Virus record (IMG/VR): IMGVR_UViG_2875718163_000001
Coordinates: 1-12,446 of that record
Source of the DNA: a virus
Taxonomy: Duplodnaviria > Heunggongvirae > Uroviricota > Caudoviricetes
Reading direction: 5' to 3' (one strand)
Length of the DNA stretch: 12,446 nt
This document shows, piece after piece, positions 7,731 through 12,446 of this stretch. Made by a program: the position numbers and the translations under genes. The stretch's first letter is position 1; the number at the start of each line of letters is the position of its first letter. The notes beneath the pieces are model-generated. The model did no database searches. It was not told the origin of the DNA and worked only from the letters and a program-made list of their open reading frames with translations.

Positions 7731-8089
7731 ATACCTACAGCATCACATTACCCTGGCCTCCGAGCAATAATCGCTATTACCGCCATAATCGCGGGCGCAC
7801 GCACGTCAGCGCAGAGGGGCAGGCATACCGCGATAACGTCGCCCGAATCATTAAAAACGCAATGCTGGATATCGGCCTGGCTATGCCTGTGAAAATCCGC
7901 ATTGAGTGCCACATGCCGGATCGCCGTCGCCGTGACCTGGATAATCTGCAAAAAGCCGCTTTTGACGCACTCACTAAAGCAGGTTTCTGGCTGGATGATG
8001 CTCAGGTCGTTGATTACCGCGTTGTGAAGATGCCTGTTACCAAAGGTGGGAGGCTGGAACTGACCATCACCGAAATGGGGAATGAATGA
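7727..8089 (+). CDS. rusA: RusA Holliday-junction resolvase (endodeoxyribonuclease)
   Basis: 120-aa [123 protein letters not shown], recognised as RusA with the acidic catalytic residues (..DRRRRDLDN.., ..DD..). GTG start overlapping the ybcO stop. Confidence 0.9.
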   Translation: MNTYSITLPWPPSNNRYYRHNRGRTHVSAEGQAYRDNVARIIKNAMLDIGLAMPVKIRIECHMPDRRRRDLDNLQKAAFDALTKAGFWLDDAQVVDYRVVKMPVTKGGRLELTITEMGNE

Positions 8090-8226
8090 TGTTTGAGTTT
8101 AATATGGCAGAACTTCTTCGCCACCGCTGGGGGCGTCTGCGCTTATATCGTTTCCCCGGTTCTGTTTTGACCGATTACCGAATACTGAAGAATTACGCCA
8201 AAACCCTGACAGGAGCAGGAGTATGA
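8086..8226 (+). CDS. ylcG: Small nin-region ORF (46 aa)
   Basis: ATGATG start overlapping the rusA stop; encodes [46 protein letters not shown]. Below the ORF-track length cut-off; supported only by position and coupling. Confidence 0.5.
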   Translation: MMFEFNMAELLRHRWGRLRLYRFPGSVLTDYRILKNYAKTLTGAGV

Positions 8227-8311
8227 AGTCAGAGATAACAATCAACTAATACTGTTTTGTTGATTTTTGCTTGTAATTGGCGTTCTGGTCTGATTTTTGT
8301 GGAGTAAGTTG

Positions 8312-8695
8312 ATGCGTGATATTCAGATGGTTCTTGAGCGTTGGGGAGCGTGGGCGGCTAATAATCATGAAGATGTGACCTGGTCGTCCATTGCCGCCGG
8401 TTTTAAGGGATTAATTACTTCAAAAGTAAAATCTCGCCCGCAATGTTGTGACGATGACGCGATGATCATTTGCGGGTGCATGGCCCGTCTGAAAAAGAAC
8501 AACAGCGATTTGCACGATTTATTAGTAGATTATTATGTAGTCGGTATGACATTCATGTCACTGGCAGGTAAGCATTGCTGCTCTGATGGTTATATCGGGA
8601 AAAGGTTACAGAAGGCTGAGGGCATAATTGAAGGGATGTTAATGGCATTAGATATCCGGTTAGAGATGGATATCGTTGTTAATAACTCTAATTAA
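8312..8695 (+). CDS. quuD: Late-gene antiterminator Q homologue (phage 82/21 Q type)
   Basis: 127-aa [25 protein letters not shown]... with Cys-rich region (..[18 protein letters not shown].., ..HCCSDG..). GGAG 8 nt upstream of ATG 8312; the track ORF from TTG 8297 is an extension. Sits where lambdoid Q genes sit. Confidence 0.85.
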   Translation: MRDIQMVLERWGAWAANNHEDVTWSSIAAGFKGLITSKVKSRPQCCDDDAMIICGCMARLKKNNSDLHDLLVDYYVVGMTFMSLAGKHCCSDGYIGKRLQKAEGIIEGMLMALDIRLEMDIVVNNSN

Positions 8696-8834
8696 TATGC
8701 CAATTGTTTACTAAAAATTATTAAAAATGGGGCGTTGAGACGCCCCCAAAAATAAAGGGTAATATATAACAGAAGGTTTATATAGTTAGAAGCAAGGTTG
8801 TGCTTCTAAAGGAAGTGGCTTGAGGGAGCCACTT

Positions 8835-8876
8835 ATATGTTGGGGAGGCAACGCCTCCCGCAACATATCTTTTTCG
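8835..8876 (+). terminator. Intrinsic terminator: long hairpin followed by CTTTTTCG
   Basis: ATATGTTGGGGAGGC (8835-8849) pairs with GCCTCCCGCAACATAT (8853-8868), with a 7-bp perfect GC-rich core, a 3-nt loop and one bulge, then a T-run. 140 nt downstream of quuD. Confidence 0.6.
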
Positions 8877-8884
8877 TAATCAGA

Positions 8885-8944
8885 TTAGAACTGGTAAACC
8901 AGACCTACAGCAACGATGTCATCAGTGCTTACACCGAGTGCTTT
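8885..8944 (-). pseudogene. nmpC: 3' stub (~19 codons) of an OmpC/OmpF-family porin gene
   Basis: Minus-strand reading gives ...KALGVSTDDIVAVGLVYQF-stop, the characteristic porin C-terminus ending in Phe. Porin-like sequence is lost upstream of this, so only the gene tail survives. Confidence 0.5.
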
Positions 8945-9095
8945 AGGGAAGGTGCGAATAAGCGGGGAAATTCTTCTCGGCTGACTCAGTCATTTCATTT
9001 CTTCATGTTTGAGCCGATTTTTTCTCCCGTAAATGCCTTGAATCAGCCTATTTAGACCGTTTCTTCGCCATTTAAGGCGTTATCCCCAGTTTTTA

Positions 9096-9395
9096 GTGAG
9101 ATCTCTCCCACTGACGTATCATTTGGTCCGCCCGAAACAGGTTGGAAAAAATGCCAGAGACTCCGCTGAAGTGGTGGAAACCGCATTCTGTACTTTCGTG
9201 CTGTCGCGGATCGCAGGTGAAATTGCCAGTATTCTCGACGGGATCCCCCTGTCGGTGCAGCGGCGTTTTCCGGAACTGGAAAACCGACATGTTGATTTCC
9301 TGAAACGGGATATCATCAAAGCCATGAACAAAGCAGCCGCGCTGGATGAACTGATACCGGGGTTGCTGAGTGAATATATCGAACAGTCAGGTTAA
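9096..9395 (+). pseudogene. nohD: C-terminal fragment of terminase small subunit Nu1; N-terminal DNA-binding half missing
   Basis: From ~9147 the ORF reads [82 protein letters not shown], recalled as the lambda Nu1 C-terminus. Upstream codons are unrelated and the frame is closed by TAG at 9093-9095. The 26-nt overlap with the following A start is as in lambda. Confidence 0.75.
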
Positions 9396-10113
9396 CAGGC
9401 TGCGGCATTTTGTCCGCGCCGGGCTTCGCTCACTGTTCAGGCCGGAGCCACAGACCGCCGTTGAATGGGCGGATGCTAATTACTATCTCCCGAAAGAATC
9501 CGCATACCAGGAAGGGCGCTGGGAAACACTGCCCTTTCAGCGGGCCATCATGAATGCGATGGGCAGCGACTACATCCGTGAGGTGAATGTGGTGAAGTCT
9601 GCCCGTGTCGGTTATTCCAAAATGCTGCTGGGTGTTTATGCCTACTTTATAGAGCATAAGCAGCGCAACACCCTTATTCCAGCTGGCTTCGTGGCTGTTT
9701 TCAACAGTGATGAGTCATCGTGGCATCTCGTTGAAGATCATCGGGGTAAAACGGTTTATGACGTGGCTTCCGGCAACGCGTTATTTATTTCTGAACTCGG
9801 TCCGTTACCGGAAAATGTTACCTGGTTATCGCCGGAAGGGGAGTTTCAGAAGTGGAACGGTACAGCCTGGGTGAAAGATGCAGAAGCAGAAAAACTGTTC
9901 CGGATTCGGGAGGCGGAAGAAACAAAAAACAGCCTGATGCAGGTAGCCAGTGAGCATATTGCGCCACTTCAGGATGCTGTAGATCTGGAAATCGCAACGG
10001 AGGAAGAAACCTCATTGCTGGAAGCCTGGAAAAAATATCGGGTGTTGCTGAACCGTGTTGATACATCAACTGCACCTGATATTGAGTGGCCTACGAACCC
10101 TGTCAGGGAGTAA
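9370..10113 (+). pseudogene. tfaD: Chimeric ORF: terminase large subunit A N-terminus (~103 aa) fused in frame to the C-terminal ~145 aa of a tail-fibre assembly protein (Tfa)
   Basis: [33 protein letters not shown]...[12 protein letters not shown] is lambda gpA as I recall it. From [29 protein letters not shown]... to ...[13 protein letters not shown] is Tfa family. Junction at about 9678/9679. Confidence 0.8.
9949..10089 (+). repeat. Direct repeat copy 1 (~141 bp, Tfa C-terminal coding segment)
   Basis: AGTGAGCATATTGCGCCACTTCAGGATGCTGTAGATCTGGAAATCGCAACGGAGGAAGAA... recurs at 10996-11136 with scattered substitutions. Confidence 0.8.
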
Positions 10114-10127
10114 TCATTGGGATTATG

Positions 10128-10177
10128 CCGCAGCACGTCTTAAGCAAGAACATGCTGCGGTTGGATGCTATTTTTTT
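10128..10177. terminator. Hairpin between convergent genes (possible bidirectional terminator)
   Basis: CCGCAGCA (10128-10135) / TGCTGCGG (10153-10160) 8-bp stem with a 17-nt loop, followed by a T7 run at 10171-10177. Located between the Tfa-fusion stop and the ybcY stop. Confidence 0.4.
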
Positions 10178-10752
10178 CCTGAAGCGGAAAACATTACTAC
10201 AGTACCTTGAACCTTGGTTTTAACATTCTCGAAATGCTCTGAGAGTATATGTGTTAAGCCTTCTTCGGAATCTTTTGTGTTTGAAAAGATGCCTTTCTGA
10301 TTGTAAATGCGCATCAGTTTTTGACCGAAGCTATTGTGCACAACTCCATCGCCAAGAATTGTGGCTCCGTATAGAGTTCCATCGTCAGTTAAGGCCTGCG
10401 CCGCATTGCGTATTACACAGCTTTTTGTAGATATATTTCCAGGCAGGCAGTGAAGAAGGTAAGACATGGAAATGGAATCAAATTGACCATGTAACGCCGC
10501 GGGATAAGGTTCAAAAACATCATGGCTAATTTTATGTTTAATTTTTGATTCCCCAGCCCTTGTAGATGCCGCGTTCAGGCTAGCTTCGTTCAAATCCATT
10601 AAAGATATCAGACTACTCTCAGGTACGTGAGTAAGGTAAAACCCAGTTCCAACACCAATATCCAGATGGTTGTTACCTAAATGTTCCAGAAAGTGTGGAA
10701 GAAGGTGTTCCTTTGTAGGACATCCCCATGCAAGCCGATTTGATACTCCCAA
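10168..10752 (-). pseudogene. ybcY: Class I SAM-dependent methyltransferase, apparently lacking its native start
   Basis: 194-aa minus ORF with SAM motif ..HLDIGVGTGFY... The frame stays open 23 codons upstream to a stop with no ATG or GTG; the only in-frame start is the TTG taken by the track. Suggests N-terminal truncation. Confidence 0.7.
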
Positions 10753-10890
10753 AACCCACCAGTCATAAAGCTTTAGGGTAAGTGGTGTGTAAATTCTAGC
10801 CCCATCATCTGTGTTTTTTTATTAATTTCACCATGTTATAGTTTTATTTGTGAATTAAATCAATTATGGCAATGAATTACAAGGGGTTAA

Positions 10891-11151
10891 ATGCTGCCGC
10901 AGCATAGCGATATTGAAATAGCCTGGTATGCTTCAATACAGCAGGAGCCGAATGGCTGGAAGACCGTCACCACACAGTTCTACATCCAGGAATTCAGTGA
11001 GTATATTGCGCCACTGCAGGATGCTGTAGATCTGGAAATCGCAACGGAGGAAGAAAGATCGTTGCTGGAAGCCTGAAAAAAGTATCGGGTGCTGCTAAAC
11101 CGTGTGGACACTTCCGTAGCACCAGATATCGAGTGGCTTATTCAACCATAA
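10891..11151 (+). pseudogene. tfaX: Tail-fibre assembly (Tfa)-like gene with in-frame premature stop
   Basis: [64 protein letters not shown](11074-11076)[24 protein letters not shown]. The stop sits where copy 1 has TGG (Trp in ..LEAWKKY..). AAGGGG upstream of the ATG. Confidence 0.7.
10996..11136 (+). repeat. Direct repeat copy 2 (~141 bp, Tfa C-terminal coding segment)
   Basis: See copy 1 (9949-10089). Carries the TGG->TGA difference at 11074-11076. Confidence 0.8.
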
Positions 11152-11696
11152 TAAACAGTATGTATATCATAGGTTATTAATTGTGAGTTTTTTCGGTGTG
11201 TTATTTGTTTGTTTGATGTTATGCTTTTGCGCCCCAAAAGGTTGTTTAGATGTATTTTATCAATTGATTTTCAATATCGTTTAATAAAGAAAAATTAAGC
11301 AAGCTGGATGTTGGTTTTTTGTTAATTGAATGGTTCTAATAATGTTTTTTTACTGTTGTTGAATGTGACTTGATAAGAAATGCAAGTAAAAATGATACTC
11401 TTTTTATTTTAAATTCAAACGGTTGACATATATATAGCAAGAGGTTTCAGGTGCGTTGTAGTGAGTTTATGTTAATAAAAAGCATAGTAAGCGTTGAAAA
11501 ATGTAACTTTGAAATAAGTTAGAATAAAAAACAACATACATATAATAATTTAATCTTAAATGAAATTTATTAAAATTTGCAAACTATAATTTTGTGTATA
11601 AAAATATAAATGCACATCATCCTGATTATGATTGTGTATTTAATTGGTTGTTATTTGACTACTATCAACTTGTTTTAATTTTATGATAGGTGCAAG

Positions 11697-12446
11697 ATGG
11701 ATTATGTTTGCTCCGTAGTTTTCATCTGTCAATCATTTGATTTAATTATAAACAGGAGAGTTATCTCGTTCAAAAAAAATTCATTGTTTATTGTAAGCGA
11801 CAAAATTAGAAGGGAGTTACCAGTATGCCCCTCTAAACTAAGAATTGTTGATATAGATAAGAAAACATGTTTATCCTTTTTTATCGACGTGAATAATGAG
11901 CTGCCTGGCAAATTTACTCTTGATAAGAATGGCTATATTGCTGAAGAGGAACCTCCATTATCGCTTGTTTTTTCTCTGTTTGAAGGGATTAAAATAGCAG
12001 ACTCACACTCCCTTTGGTTAAAAGAAAGACTATGTATATCCTTACTTGCCATGTTCAAAAAACGCGAAAGTGTAAATTCATTTATACTAACAAATATAAA
12101 TACATTTACCTGTAAAATTACTGGAATAATCAGTTTTAATATTGAGCGGCAATGGCATTTAAAAGATATTGCGGAATTGATTTATACGAGTGAAAGTTTA
12201 ATAAAAAAAAGATTAAGGGATGAAGGAACGTCATTTACTGAAATATTGAGAGATACTAGGATGAGGTATGCAAAAAAACTCATAACTTCAAACTCTTATT
12301 CTATCAATGTCGTAGCCCAGAAATGTGGCTATAACAGTACTTCATATTTCATATGTGCATTTAAAGATTATTATGGTGTCACGCCATCTCATTATTTTGA
12401 GAAAATAATCGGCGTCACAGATGGAATAAACAAAACAATTGACTGA
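11697..12446 (+). CDS. appY: AraC-family transcriptional activator AppY
   Basis: 249-aa [44 protein letters not shown]... with C-terminal AraC HTH (..[39 protein letters not shown]...[24 protein letters not shown]), recognised as AppY. AGGTG upstream of ATG; AT-rich, low-complexity codon usage; preceded by ~545 bp of very AT-rich DNA. Confidence 0.9.

Noticed and set aside
6849-7974. Six minus-strand ORFs (up to 185 aa) and the plus-strand extension 7214-7276 across the nin region
   Set aside because: All overlap the tightly coupled plus-strand nin genes, which have recognisable products and start/stop overlaps; long antisense ORFs are expected in this GC-richer segment.
8837-9055. Plus-strand 72-aa ORF between quuD and the nu1 fragment
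   Set aside because: Begins inside the terminator hairpin and runs antisense through the porin 3' stub; most likely a chance ORF.
8950-9095. Complete cos site upstream of the nu1 fragment
   Set aside because: Only short words reminiscent of lambda cosB are present; no cosN-like GGGCGGCGACCT-type sequence and the nu1 N-terminus is missing, so I do not call a functional cos.
9093-10075. Minus-strand ORFs 9093-9290, 9119-9331, 9430-9657 and 9818-10075
   Set aside because: Antisense to the Nu1 fragment and the A'::'tfa fusion, whose plus-strand frames carry the recognisable homology.
11451-11522. 23-codon GTG-initiated ORF with AAGAGG 6 nt upstream in the appY leader
   Set aside because: Too short and low-complexity to call; in DNA this AT-rich a GAGG-plus-start pair is not compelling alone. 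Noted only as a possible leader peptide.
11729-11911. Minus-strand 60-aa ORF inside appY
   Set aside because: Antisense to the recognised AppY ORF.
1-12446. CRISPR arrays, tRNA or rRNA genes
   Set aside because: No regularly spaced short direct repeats and no tRNA-like cloverleaf candidates noticed. DLP12-type elements integrate next to a tRNA gene, but that would lie beyond the integrase end, outside the window.

Overview
This 12.4-kb window reads as almost the whole of a heavily deleted lambdoid prophage of the Escherichia coli DLP12 type, running from a tyrosine integrase (minus strand, stop codon at 1-3) to the AraC-family regulator appY (stop at 12444-12446). Identification rests on my recognition of the translated ORFs from memory; no database search was run. 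Gene order: int <- exo' fragment | 'P fragment - ren::IS3 (internally deleted) - emrE - ybcK (large serine recombinase) - ybcL (PEBP) - ybcM (AraC) - ylcH? - ybcN (NinB-like) - ninE - ybcO - rusA - ylcG - quuD - hairpin/terminator cluster - porin 3' stub (minus) | 'nu1 fragment - A'::'tfa fusion - ybcY (minus, methyltransferase, no start codon) - tfaX (premature stop) - AT-rich leader - appY. Three deletion scars remove the immunity/replication-initiation block, the lysis block and the morphogenesis block, so this is a domesticated remnant, not an inducible phage. I see no tRNA, rRNA or CRISPR array. The part most worth follow-up is the visibly AT-rich emrE-ybcK-ybcL-ybcM cargo block, which has an intact serine recombinase and strong perfect inverted repeats in its intergenic regions. 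I cannot show from sequence alone that it is a novel functional system, and the locus as a whole looks like a known one.
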